DNA of 63,430 nucleotides, filler included, from Perkinsus chesapeaki ATCC PRA-425 (Eukaryota; Protista; Perkinsozoa): NCBI GenBank assembly GCA_013115145.1. It is 9 parts of 9 records of this genome, joined end to end, with 100 filler letters (N's around TTAATTAATTAA, not from the genome) between each part and the next. Parts side by side here need not be neighbours in the genome. Positions count along the whole stretch, not along the records: positions 51,692 to 53,916 come from JAAPAO010001649.1; positions 54,017 to 58,007 come from JAAPAO010001328.1; positions 58,108 to 62,092 come from JAAPAO010001330.1; positions 62,193 to 63,430 come from JAAPAO010002087.1; 5 more parts are not named here. One strand, 5' to 3'. Shown piece by piece: positions 51,692 to 63,430 of this stretch (position 1 is its first letter; each line of letters starts with the position of its first letter). The notes under the pieces were generated by a model. It saw only the letters and a program-made list of their open reading frames with translations, ran no database searches and was not told where the DNA came from. The position numbers and the translations under genes were made by a program.

Positions 51692-53707
51692 CTGAGGGAG
51701 TTTTCGTCCTTCATGAGAGATTGCACCTGCTCGAGAAATTTGCGGATGCTTAGTCCGGATTTTCCGTTCTCTTTGATGGACTTGAAAATCCCCTGTAGTT
51801 TTTTAACCTCAGAGAGGCCACCGGATGCTATGAACTGTGTTGTAGAAGCAGAATAATGACCGAGAATATTCCTTTGTAGGCTCCTACTCCGCAGCTCACC
51901 GAGGCTTATGACCGGATCCTCGAAGACCCAGAAACACCAGTCATCGGCAATATCCGGTGGAACGTAAAGACTCCTACATTTCCATGTATCGTAAGGGTGG
52001 AAATGGTTCCTCCACTGCTCTTGGGTGGCTTCAGCGCTCGTGACTCCAAAGAAAAAGCATCGCCCATGGATCTCTTTCACTGAAATTTTACTCAATGGGC
52101 AAGTGAATTCCCCCCAGAGACGCCAGTCTGGCTTATGGCGCTTGATGATTTCCTGTCCCTCGTATCGCTTCGATATTGCACGCCGGCACTCAAGCCTGCA
52201 AGAATTCCGTTGTCTAAGGTTCTTGAGGCTGTAGCCGTGCTCCAACGCGAAATGAGGGTTCCCTTGTAGATACTCCGCCACTACTTCGTGGAGCTCCCCC
52301 GGCATTATTAAGAAAGCTTGACCATCGAATTCAGGGATATTTGTAGCGCTGCCATCAGGTTGGGGAGCCTCCGGGTCAGGGTGAGATGACTCCCCCTCAG
52401 AGGGCGAATATTCTGCATCACTGGATTCCGTTCGGTCATCATTATAGGCAAGGTTGCTACCCTCCTCCTCGATAGGGCTTGCGCACTCTACCTCGCTACA
52501 TGTATCCCGACTCGCATCATTTCCTGCAGGTTCTCCCGCATGATCGAATTGCATCACGTTACTCTCCCTCCCACCACCCGAAACAGTAGTGGGGAACCCC
52601 GCATGCGTGCGATGGTCTCCGTTGGTGGGTAAGAGTCTAGCAATCTCTAGAATCCGGTCCTCGCTCGTTAAACTTGTGAGATTTAATTCTTCGCTCACTT
52701 GCCTATAAAACTCACCCTGTATTTCGATTGGGAGATTCTGGACGGCTTGCCGAAGTCTCGGGTTCATCCAGCAATGGAGAACTGGGTTCTTGTTTGCTGG
52801 AGCTGCGGCTGCATATTGTTGTGATAAGAAGAAACGTGCAGAGTGAGCTTCTAAGTCTAGACGTATGTCGGAGAACTTTTCCAGAATTTCCTCCCTCAGG
52901 AGCGTTAAATCATCTGCAGGGGCATGAGCAGGTTGCCCCTCATCACTACTACTGGTTACAATGGGGGACCTCTCATTACCGCCGTGGTCCGATTTTGACA
53001 GCCAGTTAGCCCTTTTGCACTTCTGGTCGAACTCCAGTGCATCGTCATCCATGTAGAAAATCGGTAAGACATCACCTAGCTTGCGGTTCTTCGAGTGTCG
53101 CAGTGGGTGGACCCTGATCTTCTGGCGTGTTCCCACACGGCTTAATATCGTATATGCAGCTCCTCGCAACCAACCTCGGCTCCAAAACTCCCTAACGTCA
53201 TCATCCTTGTCTCTAGGTACACCGCCGAACGGTAGCCGGCACCAGGCGCCGTTCAGCGTCATACCGATAGTCTTATGCGCCGTCAAGCATGCGGCTACCA
53301 CAATAGGTATCTGGCACCGCCTGAATCTAATACAGCCATTATCGAGTAGGTTAAATGTGTGCGGCTTCACTTCGATACCACGGTGCGGGTCTTCATCGAA
53401 ACGGACTATGACAGCTGGTGATGAAGTGGTGGGCCCTCGGATAGATTCAACTTTGCCCATACTACCATTGACGAATCCATTGTTAGGGTCGTTGACCGTA
53501 GTCATTACTCGACATCCCACTTTCACTTTAATTTTGCTTCTGAATCCCATCTTATCCACATCGTAAATGTTGAAGGATACTCCGAGAGCGCCAAACTCGG
53601 TATCTTCGGCTTCGAATGTTACCGCGTCTCCAGGTAAGCTGTCTAGGTATTCTGTGTTATACTGATCAGCCTCTCTGTTTCTCAGACAAATACAAGTATG
53701 GTCGAAG
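51692..53707 (-). CDS. Pif1-like SF1B helicase C-terminal half fused to an acidic linker and a WRKY/FAR1-like zinc finger; open at both ends, probably transposon-encoded
   Basis: LRNREADQYN..LPG..FEAED (motif IV-like), KVGCRVM..N...FVNGSMG, RCQIPIVVA..TAHKTIGMTL, YTILSRV; then FALEHGYSL..LEC..TCP..ISVK..NHFH. Single exon of about 2 kb. Confidence 0.75.
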
Positions 53708-53844
53708 CTGAACAGGAACGACTACCGTTCGTAATGAACACTCACATAAGTAAGCTTTATCGAATTACTCTACTAAATTCATATCCTTCATTACACTACA
53801 CGTTTCAACGGCATTGCGTGTTGCATTGAGGTTCTCTCGGAATA

Positions 53845-53916
53845 TCAATTTCGTGAATTGGTAACTTAGATAATGATCAATTTCGTGAATTGGTAACTTA
53901 GATAATGATCAATTTC
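53845..53916. repeat. 32-bp tandem repeat at contig end
   Basis: TCAATTTCGTGAATTGGTAACTTAGATAATGA, about 2.25 copies. Confidence 0.9.
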
Positions 53917-54016
53917 NNNNNNNNNNNNNNNNNNNNNNNNNNNNNNNNNNNNNNNNNNNNTTAATTAATTAANNNNNNNNNNNNNNNNNNNNNNNNNNNN
54001 NNNNNNNNNNNNNNNN
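53917..54016. other. Artificial contig spacer
   Basis: N44-TTAATTAATTAA-N44. Confidence 0.98.
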
Positions 54017-54170
54017 GATACTAAACCACTACCACCTCCCAGGGTATATTGAAGTGGCCGATACTAAACCACCACTACCACCTCCCAGGGTATATTGAAG
54101 TGGCCGATACTAAACCACTACCACTACCACCTCCCAGGGTATATTGAAGTGGCCGATACTAAACCACCAC
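54017..54170. repeat. About 43-46-bp tandem repeat at contig end
   Basis: GATACTAAACCACTACCACCTCCCAGGGTATATTGAAGTGGCC with a variable number of CCA(CTA) units. Confidence 0.9.
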
Positions 54171-54220
54171 CTATTGTCGAAATAGTCGTCGACAATGTGT
54201 AGATGATATAGATTATAAGA

Positions 54221-57132
54221 TTGTCGCGTATAATATGGGAGCAGTGTCCTCGGTTTTGGGATTGTAAGTCGCTCGCACTCGTGGTAAATCGTTCAATTTC
54301 TCACACGCGTGGAGGAGTTTGCCGAACAGCCCCCCTTCGAACAAGAGATCTGAGAGACAACACTATTAGGTTCACTTCCCTGCACTCAGGTTACTCGCGA
54401 GTCATTAAGAACTTTCGCGAAGTCGTCGATCTGGAGAATCGCCCTGCGATTTCCGATCCTTGCGCAGCGCAAGTTGCGCTGGTAGCTGTTGTGGCGGTTG
54501 CAGCCAAAAGTAAACTGGCTTATTTTCAAGCTATCTAATCGGCGGTGCTGACATCGTGTAGGTCGGGCTGGTGGCATATAGCCGTTCGTTGGGGAGACCG
54601 ATCTCGGGAATTTTGCCGAAATTTCGCTCCTCCTTGGTAGTTCAAATTTGACAGGCATGGCACATTTTTGGAAGTATCTTTTAATATCATTGGTGGAAGG
54701 GGTTCTACCTGACGAACTCTAGAGGGCTCGACTATTCACACTATGGGCAGATTCGAGGTTGCGGAGAAAAAATGATTCGGAAATCACATGTGCTTCGAGC
54801 CGGACTGGGTTCCTACTGTATTTTGAACGAAGAGAGCAGATGCAGCCATTCATCAGCTAATTTTGTGACAAAGTCGAATGCTGCTATTGGTCGACGCCGA
54901 TCAATGGAGCATCTGAAAGATCTTGTTTCGTCCAGGCACTCTGTATTTGTGCCCTTTATGGTTTTACATTGCTATCATGACGCCCCGAGGTGTCCGGTTG
55001 TATGCCATTTACATGACGGTCCTGTTTGTTGTTGCATTCATTATAGTCGGCGTTTACACATCCTGCCATGCCATTGTATGGCATTTCATGTCTTTTTCCA
55101 TCAAACCTAATACTTATCAAACTTCTACTCCGAGATCCATACTTGTCTCGATCCGGTCGGCGGCCGAACGATCAAGGTGCACTAGGTGTTTTTTGTCATC
55201 TCCAGCTCCAACTGTTTACCAGCTGTTTGGCTTGTGTTCTGGGGCCCGTTGTTTCAACGTCATCACGTTGTGTAGCTTGTTGTCCCTACTAGGGCATTGC
55301 CTGTTCCCATTTTCTACAAAGGGATGACAGGCCATTCTGTGAAGGTGTATCAAGATGATATTGCAACTTCATCGGAAGAGACTATCGACAGAGGTGTAGT
55401 GAACGAGCAAATGCAACATGGGATCTCGATCAAGTAGGACGATCAGCGATCTTCTACCTTGAGTGTAGCTGCCTTTCAGGACATTCTTCTTCACATGCTG
55501 CAACACGCTTATATCTCAAGCCCTCTCTGTCCCGTTCATGTTCACTACAGCTGGCTGGGTGGCATTCATCACTCAAGCTTTGGCAGCTGTATTGGCATTC
55601 ATTTGTATTCAACTTGTGAGAATAGCTTTGAGGAATGAAAGGGTACCAAACGATTTGCAGTGGTGTTAGATATGCATTTATCAGGTGGTTGATTATGCAG
55701 AGCAGAAAGGCATCCCGCCATTCGAAAGGGAATATACATTTCTCGGTGAATTTTGTGCCGGCAGTTTGGGGAGAGTCGGAATGACTTTGGTACATTATCT
55801 TGAAATCTTCTGAAAGGGAGCTGTGTTATTTTTCAGCTCATTTTCATAGAGTATTTCACCGGCTTGGCAACGAATCTCGCAGCCATAGGCCTGTGTGCTG
55901 AGCTCCTACTATCATCTGTGAGAGGTGACCCACACTTCTCATCTCAATCTTGATGGATTGTAACTCTGTTAGCGGAGGTTTGGATCGTCATTTTCGCTGG
56001 TCTAACATTGGCATTGATATTGGTACCGTGGTTGAGGGAGATATCGGCAGTTTTGGGAGGCCTCGCCGTCATTGGTATTGTCGGGAGCATGGTCACCTGG
56101 GTGAGTCTTGTGAGCGACAGTCGTGTTCGTCATCTTGACGGGTCAGGTGGGTTCCGCTTTCGCTATTTCACCGACTTCTCATTTCGTCGAGAACTTCCCG
56201 CCACGGGAGCCATTGCTGGTGAATCTCGTCACTGCGTTCAGCTTGTCCATGTGGACTTCGGCAGACGTTCCTAGCCTGCCACCTTACCTCGGTGCCGTCA
56301 AGGGTGAGACCAGCAGCAGCTTCCTATAGATTCCTATTTTTAAAATTCGTTCAGGGACAACTAATCGTCGTATCAGCGTCACTCTCATATTATGTCTCAC
56401 GCTCTCTGTCGTCTACGTCTATATTATCGGCATGGCAGGAATGCAAGTCTGTGACGGAGTCTGCCATGACTTCTATCCGGGGAGTTTAGCAGGTCACACG
56501 CGCAGTGCTCGTGTTTGGCTCCTATTTTTGTTATCAGGCATGTTTCCTGCGTTGATCCCCACTTGGCTGGTCTACTCGTTGTACATTTTCCTACTAGTGA
56601 GGATGTTTGTTATTATGCCTATTTTGATGGTACCGCTGATGGTGTCCAGTGAGACTATCGTCGGCTCTGTTTTGGTACGTTGCAAAGTGATGGGGCGGAG
56701 TTAAACTCTTGTCAGGCTAAATCCACAACAACATCCAAGCTGATGAGATTCAAATACTGGAGATTCATAGTACGATGCCTTATTATGATCTGCGGAGCTC
56801 TTGGAGCGATTCTGGCGAAGGCGCAGCTTGCATATTTTCAGGCAATAGCATCGACTATCCTAACTTCATGTAAACCGGCCAGGCATTCCTCTCTCCACAG
56901 TTTCCGAGTTGGTCAGGTTCACTCTATTTATGTCCCCTATGGTTCTATACGGCAGTTTCACAACCACGTGGATTCAAGCTTTACGCTGTATACCTTTCAG
57001 TTGCACTGGTTGCCGTTTTTATTGCCACTGGGACATACACTTCCATTAGAGGAATCATTTCTGGCTCCCCGACGGCCCACCGTTAGCACGACACGTGTGG
57101 CTTTCATATTGACAATTACGTTACTAACATAG
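54221..57132 (+). pseudogene. Fragmented multipass membrane protein gene(s), possibly two decayed tandem copies
   Basis: Many short hydrophobic ORFs; motif AK..LAYFQAI occurs twice (about 54510 and 56825). No continuous spliced frame established. Confidence 0.3.
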
Positions 57133-57945
57133 ACAACAGTCCTTTGGGCTTATAGCCCGACCTGTTAGAGGCTCCTCTTCACACTGTCAATAAGACAGAT
57201 TCGACTGTTGCTATAGAGGGGCTTTCCATTGCGGCTTTTTGCGTTCCCTAGTAGTCAAGGGCGACCGCTGTACAACTTTCACTGGTCACTCTCCCGGATA
57301 TACAATCTGTTATGTGCTAGAGATACACTCCAACACAAAGCTGACGGAGACCCGTAAGAAAGAGCCTTGGTGTATATGCGTGCAACGCTATGCTAGGTAA
57401 TCTGCATAGCAATGACGCTCGGCGCAACTACTTACAATACTGGGAAGACTTTCTCGGTTCTCAGCATTGCCGTATGTCTGAACGTAGAGGATAGGCATAA
57501 TAGCACGCTTACAACCAATATTGTAGTGATGAACGCATCTGAACGCACGTGGGTATGAAGCCTAGGCTCAAGCACTGCAGCACTGCAAGAACTATGGTCT
57601 TGGGCCCTGGCTTCGAAGGCTTCACTCATAGTGCGACTCCAGCTACTAGCGCAAGAGCTAGTAGCTCTTGCGTCCGTCCTAAGGCTAACCATTGGATTAA
57701 CCTCTGAGACTGATGCTTGTTATGAGTAGCTTTTGGCTAAAAACTCTCAGAGCTTCAAAGATGGACAGCAAATAACTGGCAATGAACAGAACGTCGAAAA
57801 TGGTTACCGACGAGCGCTAACTGGTCACTGCGCCACCAGAGCGCTCGTCACATCTTTTTGCAATGTATTAACCAACTGCATTGCATTTTCGAGGATACTG
57901 TGAGAGTCACCAAATGCTACTCGTCGTATCATCCACGCATGTACA

Positions 57946-57984
57946 TCTGTCACAGATCGTCTGTGACAGAAGTTCTGTCACAGA
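57946..57984. repeat. Triple alternating inverted repeat (A-A'-A)
   Basis: TCTGTCACAGA-tcg-TCTGTGACAGA-agt-TCTGTCACAGA. Confidence 0.9.
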
Positions 57985-58007
57985 ACCCGACAGGCAGATT
58001 CTATTTA

Positions 58008-58107
58008 NNNNNNNNNNNNNNNNNNNNNNNNNNNNNNNNNNNNNNNNNNNNTTAATTAATTAANNNNNNNNNNNNNNNNNNNNNNNNNNNNNNNNNNNNN
58101 NNNNNNN
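58008..58107. other. Artificial contig spacer
   Basis: N44-TTAATTAATTAA-N44. Confidence 0.98.
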
Positions 58108-60775
58108 TTGCCGAATGCTAAATTGTGCGCCTATTCGCCAGGCTGTGACGGCGTCACACGAGCTCGTATTTGAAATGAGCCAGGCTTTAGGTGTTCAGTA
58201 ACCTCACGTAAGTTATAAGTAGTCAACCACCTATCAGTAACCATGAATGGTTTCGGAGCAAGGATGGTCGGAGAGGCCCAGGTTCGAACCGTCGCTATTG
58301 GTCTACGCTTGGTCCTAGCTCTTTGCACTATAGCTATCGTAAACGACTTCCTGGTGATCTACCGTCTGACTTTTCCTCTATTGATTGGGATAAGCTAGAA
58401 GTCAAGTACTTGAATGTTGATTACTTGCCTTGTGTTAGGTCTCTATTGCCTACTCTAGCTGACCAACAGGAAAAGGTCAAGATCACTGTCCAGGAGTACG
58501 TCGATGCTTGGCGCCAGAAGCAAGCTGATCTACGTGAACGATCTATTCGAGAATCTCCCCAAGACTACTAGCTGGAACTCTACGACTTGGTCTACCTCAA
58601 CGAGACAAGCGACAATGCTATTGGTCGACATCTTAGTTCCACGTGGAGAGGTCCTCTAACTGTCGTTCGATTGGCTGGCACTGCTATGGTGTATCTATTT
58701 AATGGTATACTTCTGCCTAATGATTATGGTGGTAACCTCTGTGTATCGGAGGATGGTCGCTCTATTGAGAACGGTCCGGAGCACTCTGAACTGGTCTACG
58801 CTTTCCCTCAAGAACTTGGTTCCTGCACGTGCTCTACAGTCTTTGATCTACGATCACTACGAGCAAGGCACTAGAGTCTATCAGGACACGAACGGTGACT
58901 TTGTGACCATCCCTGCTAATTCTGACGGTACCGACCAGTCCACGATCACTCTACGTCGAGCTAAACAACAAGTTGCAGGAACTTTTTCGTCTAGCTCTAA
59001 TCTTCCTACTAATGAAGAGAATGTTATTCTACCAGGTAGTCGAGAGCTACCTCTATCACCACGGTCCTCGAGTTCTAATGTTGCTGATGCTTCGAGTTCT
59101 GCACAACCACAAGAAGTTCTAGATACTGAAGTTACTGGAACCTCTCTTCTAGTACTATCTATCCTGATAATCCCGGTATGGTTCAACCGTCGCGCGTCTC
59201 TGAACGTGCTAGTGCTACCTTGCTCTTTGGTGGTCCTATAATAGGAGAAATAGGACTCCCATTTCTAGTGATCTCCCACTACAACAAGGCTGGCTGGTTA
59301 TTTCTACATCCTCTACTCACAGAGGGCTCGCTTCCATTGAAAATGACGTTATCGATTCTGGATTGGTTGCTCTACGTCCTGTTCATCTACACTCCGGTGG
59401 CGGTGTATTATCTACTTCAGAATTTGATACTCTACACGATGCATCTCGATCTAGGTTGATCTATGTAACGTCTTCCTCAAGGCCACTCACTCGGTCTTTG
59501 CTGAAGCGAACTACTAATCTCCTCGAAAGGTTACATATTAATTAGGAATGTAACGTATGTTTCTAATTAGTCATTCTATGACTCATGATCGCATGTGTTA
59601 TATTTATTCGTCTAATCCGTTCTCATTCTGTCACGCGGACTCTGTGACATATAGAACTATTTCGCATGCTTTCATCCTTTTCTAATTAAGAGCTATAGCA
59701 TTTTAGACTTGATTATGACTATCTCTTTATCTATTGATGGTATATCTATATGTAGCTTATGATACACTCTATTATTCATTTACGGTAGATATGTTTAACC
59801 ATTGTATGAATTGTTTCGCACGCGTCTGCACTGTGCGCCATGGTCTAGCTCTTCTTGTATGATATAATATTGTTATTTATATCTATGGTATACGAATTGG
59901 TTTGTTAGATAGATTCTATTGTGTCGTCTATCTAAATCCCGTAGTGTATTATGCTCTACATATGGCACGATACTTGTCTATAATGTGGATTGTATATCTG
60001 GTCCGTCATGTCATTCTAGACTGAGCTATTGTGACAATGCTATCGTCTACCGAGGACTACATCTACATTGTCATCTCCTATCCCGGTCAAGACCTACAGT
60101 AACTATGAGGATTAAGTATCTATGACGATTATACGATGTCTGTAGTCTATCTCGTTATTTATTCAAGATAGTCTATGCGAGTTAAATGAATCTATTATAT
60201 CGTTATAATATTCATTTGCGGGGTATGTGCCGTCCGAGGGACAGCGCTACTTCTTTATCTGAAACCGTTATATCTGTAACGGTTCTAAGATAACTGTTCT
60301 ATAGTTCCTTCTGGGCAACCTATAAATTAGGTGAACTTACACTGAGTTCTCTAGGAAACTTATATTGAGTTCTATCTGAACTATTTGCGATATAGTTGGA
60401 CTTCTATTAGTCTATTCTAATCTATTAGCTGTGGTATCTACTCGTTAGTATCTGCATCTATAGTAAAATCTAGTTATAACCAAACTCTTGCGTTTAACTA
60501 GTATCTCGAGCTCGTCTAACCACTCGCTCTACTTTATCCGATTGCCTCTTCTAGTCGTGTTACAAGCTAAACGGGATGCTACTTAGATCCGGGGCGAAAT
60601 TACCTACTCTCGATCGCTCTGTTTTCTCTCATGATTCAACAGGTTTAACTCCCTCTACACCTCCTCCGTCTACACGCTCCGACGACGCTACACCATCATC
60701 TAGAACAACCCCTAACCCTAGATCTTCTACGTTTTCTTCAATTATTAATCTAAGTCGTCCCGTACAACCGTTACA
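58108..60775 (+). mobile_element. 3' part of a decayed Ty3/gypsy-type LTR retrotransposon (integrase relic plus LTR)
   Basis: Degenerate STTYQ..NG..R integrase motif; LHYSYRKRLPGDL; YDLVYL..RHLSSTWRGPLTVV (GPY/F-like); in-frame stops. Confidence 0.7.
59549..60775 (+). repeat. Putative 1227-bp LTR
   Basis: Bounded by perfect 7-bp inverted termini TGTAACG...CGTTACA; AT-rich; follows the integrase relic. No second copy in the window. Confidence 0.6.
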
Positions 60776-61242
60776 TTAGGCGAGCGAGATCTACATACAA
60801 ACTGGCGAGCGAGAAAGACAAGTCACGGTGACATTGCGCGCTAGGTGACATTGGCACCTACCCCACAAGGCGCGAACACTGCCTCACTGAGGTACTGAGG
60901 AACACACAACACACACCGGATAGTTGTCTATCGGCACCTGCTTACAAAATGCTCTCTAGCGCGCAAATGAGGTTGATCTTCGTAACCTCAAGTTGTAAAG
61001 AACCTCCACCCACTCTTAACCGCAGTATGCATCCGATCCTGAGCTAAGTCTGGCTGAGCTTCACCGACTACACCGGCAGCGCATTCTGCTGAGCATTGCT
61101 CGGCAGAGCAATGCCTAGCAAGTGAGAAACGACTCCTATCCATCGCCGTACGGAATCCACTTTATACCCAGAGCGCAAGATAGAATATATACACAATATA
61201 GTACAGTACCGTTACAACCGGAGTAGCTTCTGCCATAGGTGG

Positions 61243-62092
61243 CGCGTGCTACAGGCGAAGCTAATGATTCTACTAAGCTCTCACGGCCGCAAGGAAGAGG
61301 CTCGCGACGACGGTCTCTTCGATTGAGGACCGGGTTTTCTGTCTTATTCATCGAGTGTATTTCGTCAGTTTCCATCACCAGGCGCTTTGGCATACTCACC
61401 TTCACCGTTATGGTTCTGGTTTCCCTCGAGGGGAACAGCGTGCCGTCACAGAAAGATTGTGACAGAATGTGGAAAAATGAAAGAAACCCGAAACCTAAAT
61501 AACCCAACACCCGAAACCCGACGGGAAACCAGAAATCCGAGACTGGCTAACATGCGAGTAGAGCAATGACGGTGAAATAGAGATGGAAATACGATGGAGT
61601 AGAAAGTAGTAAAGAAAGTGTAGGTGACGCGAAATCGTGTCGCACAGAACCCGATATGGTGCGTCGCGCAGATCCCTTTTGAACCGGTGCCGCGTGCTAC
61701 AGGCGAAGCTAATGATTCTGATAAGCTCTCGCGGCCGCAAGGAAGAGGCTCGCGACGACGGTTTCTTCGATTGAGGACCGAGTTTTCTGTCTCATTCCTC
61801 GAGTGTATTTCTTCAGTTTCCATCACCATGCGCTTTGGCATCCTCACCTTCACCGTTATGGCTCTGGTTTTCCTCGAGGGGAACAGCGTGCCGTCACAGA
61901 AATATTGTGACAGAATGTGGAAAAATGGAAGAAACCCGAAACCTAAATCACCCAACACCCGGAACCCGACGGAAAACCAGGAATCCGAGACTAGCTAACG
62001 TGTGAGTAGAGCAATGACGGTGAAATAGAGATGAAAATACGATGGAGTAGAAAGTAGTAAAGAAAGTGTAGGTGACGCGCAATCGTGTCGCA
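61243..62092. repeat. 448-bp tandem duplication (second copy cut by contig end)
   Basis: CGCGTGCTACAGGCGAAG at 61243 and 61691; copies highly similar throughout. Confidence 0.92.
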
Positions 62093-62192
62093 NNNNNNNN
62101 NNNNNNNNNNNNNNNNNNNNNNNNNNNNNNNNNNNNTTAATTAATTAANNNNNNNNNNNNNNNNNNNNNNNNNNNNNNNNNNNNNNNNNNNN
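62093..62192. other. Artificial contig spacer
   Basis: N44-TTAATTAATTAA-N44. Confidence 0.98.
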
Positions 62193-62319
62193 AGGATACC
62201 GGCATGGCCAGAGCCCCAGCACCAAGCGTGGCCTTAGCCAGAGTGAAGGCACTAGCAGACTTCCCACCGGCACGTAAGGGGGAGGAGAATTTCATACAAC
62301 TTGCCCCACCAAGAACCAT
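62193..62319 (-). CDS. Amino acid transporter (AAAP/Aa_trans family), 5' fragment
   Basis: MVLGG...SAFTLAKATLGAGALAMPVS matches the TM1 signature (G-A-G-x-L-x-x-P); truncated by the contig end. Confidence 0.7.
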
Positions 62320-63058
62320 AGAGAGTGAGCGAAGGCACGTCACGCGCAGAAGAGAGAGATGGGCTAAAATGGCAAATCCGAATCGCTCCGCTCCGCTCTA
62401 CACCAATGCATGCGTACGGAGGCTCTACGAGAACCACGGCGAAAGCAACTTTAGGAATTCAATTGTAGGAAATTAGACCGTTGGGCTTGCAGCAATAATA
62501 ATATATCGAACAGGGCGCTGGGCATGGGATATGTCAGAAATAGTGGAGCATTCCCTTGCCATTGCTCGGTCGCGCCCAGTTGGCGCGCGCGTACGCGTGT
62601 TCCACATTCGAATTTCTAGCCGTTGACGCGTCAGATTTGGCTGATGGGAACTCCACTCGGATAAGATGCAGCGGTAAATCCCGTTGGTAAGAATGAGAGG
62701 ACCCTGAAATTAGGCTCGACAGGTTTCCGAGTTGGAAATTCCAACGCAAACCATGGCATCCGCACAAATGTCGCCTACTGTATCGCTTCGCGGCGAAGCC
62801 TTCGCCCTTCCGGTGACCATTTTGTAGAGCGACTCAAGAATCAATGGCATTCAATGAGTATGGTCTTCAGAGAACCACAATATGTTTATACTTGGAATAA
62901 AGGTGGATTGTCGACTAGTCTAGCAGTGCAGCCAGGGCTTAAGCAATGCTCAGTGAGCATGTGCCACAAACCCTGGGGCCGTACTGTACGTACGCGTGTA
63001 TAAAGGAACGATAGGTTATTCAATGGTGCGCGCTTTTCACATTGACGCTCAGTCTGAA

Positions 63059-63076
63059 GCTCTCTCTCTCTCTCTC
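63059..63076. repeat. (CT)n microsatellite
   Basis: CTCTCTCTCTCTCTC run. Confidence 0.8.
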
Positions 63077-63261
63077 GCTCGCGGCCGCTGGCGGCCAGGC
63101 GACTCCCTACTGCATAATGAGCAATATCGGAGTTTATGAGGTCAAAGTGACAAGTAGATGTATGTGGCTGACCAAACCATTTTATTTAGAAGTGATTGAG
63201 GGTAGAGTGCCCAACCGTTAACCATTATAGAGCTTCATTAAGGGACATAATGCATTTTCCT

Positions 63262-63365
63262 TTATTATTTTTTTTTCTTTTTTTTATTTTTTTTTATTTT
63301 TTTTTCTTTTTTTTTCTATTATGATTTTTTTTCTTTTTTTTCTTTTTTTTTTCTATCATTATTTT
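63262..63365. repeat. T-rich low-complexity tract
   Basis: Interrupted poly-T runs. Confidence 0.85.
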
Positions 63366-63430
63366 ACACCGTAACATACTTCATGGGCATATTGAAAGTT
63401 AACCTGATGCGTCTCTCCCACAGCGCTCGG

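Overview
Eukaryotic protist DNA with short (mostly 40-60 nt) GT-AG introns and expanded secreted-protein arrays. The gene style suggests an alveolate parasite of the Perkinsus type (inference, no database check). The window is not one locus. It is 9 contigs joined by 100-bp N44-TTAATTAATTAA-N44 spacers, plus one 98-N gap, so adjacency across spacers is meaningless. Contig 1 (1-17993) holds an F-box/kelch gene, PEX6, three intronless subtilases lacking a pro-domain and a decayed Chapaev-type transposase. Contig 2 (18094-34944) holds an ankyrin gene, tRNA-Cys, a duplicated block (novel secreted beta-rich protein plus the 3' exons of a phosphodiesterase) and the main find. That find, reconstructed by hand through consistently phased exons, is a minus-strand gene fusing a voltage-sensor domain (S1-S4, no pore) to a complete class I cyclic-nucleotide phosphodiesterase. 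Contig 3 (35045-47443) holds an RRM gene and three tandem secreted paralogues. In two of them the apparent stop codons lie inside splice donors, and splicing adds tails with three PY (PPxY/LPxY) motifs. The small contigs carry a Pif1-like helicase fused to a WRKY/FAR1-like zinc finger, a gypsy-type integrase relic with a 1.2-kb LTR, a degenerate multipass membrane gene and the start of an amino-acid transporter. Two unrelated 59-bp perfect palindromes share identical geometry and centre. Exon boundaries were derived manually; gene ends marked approximate are uncertain.
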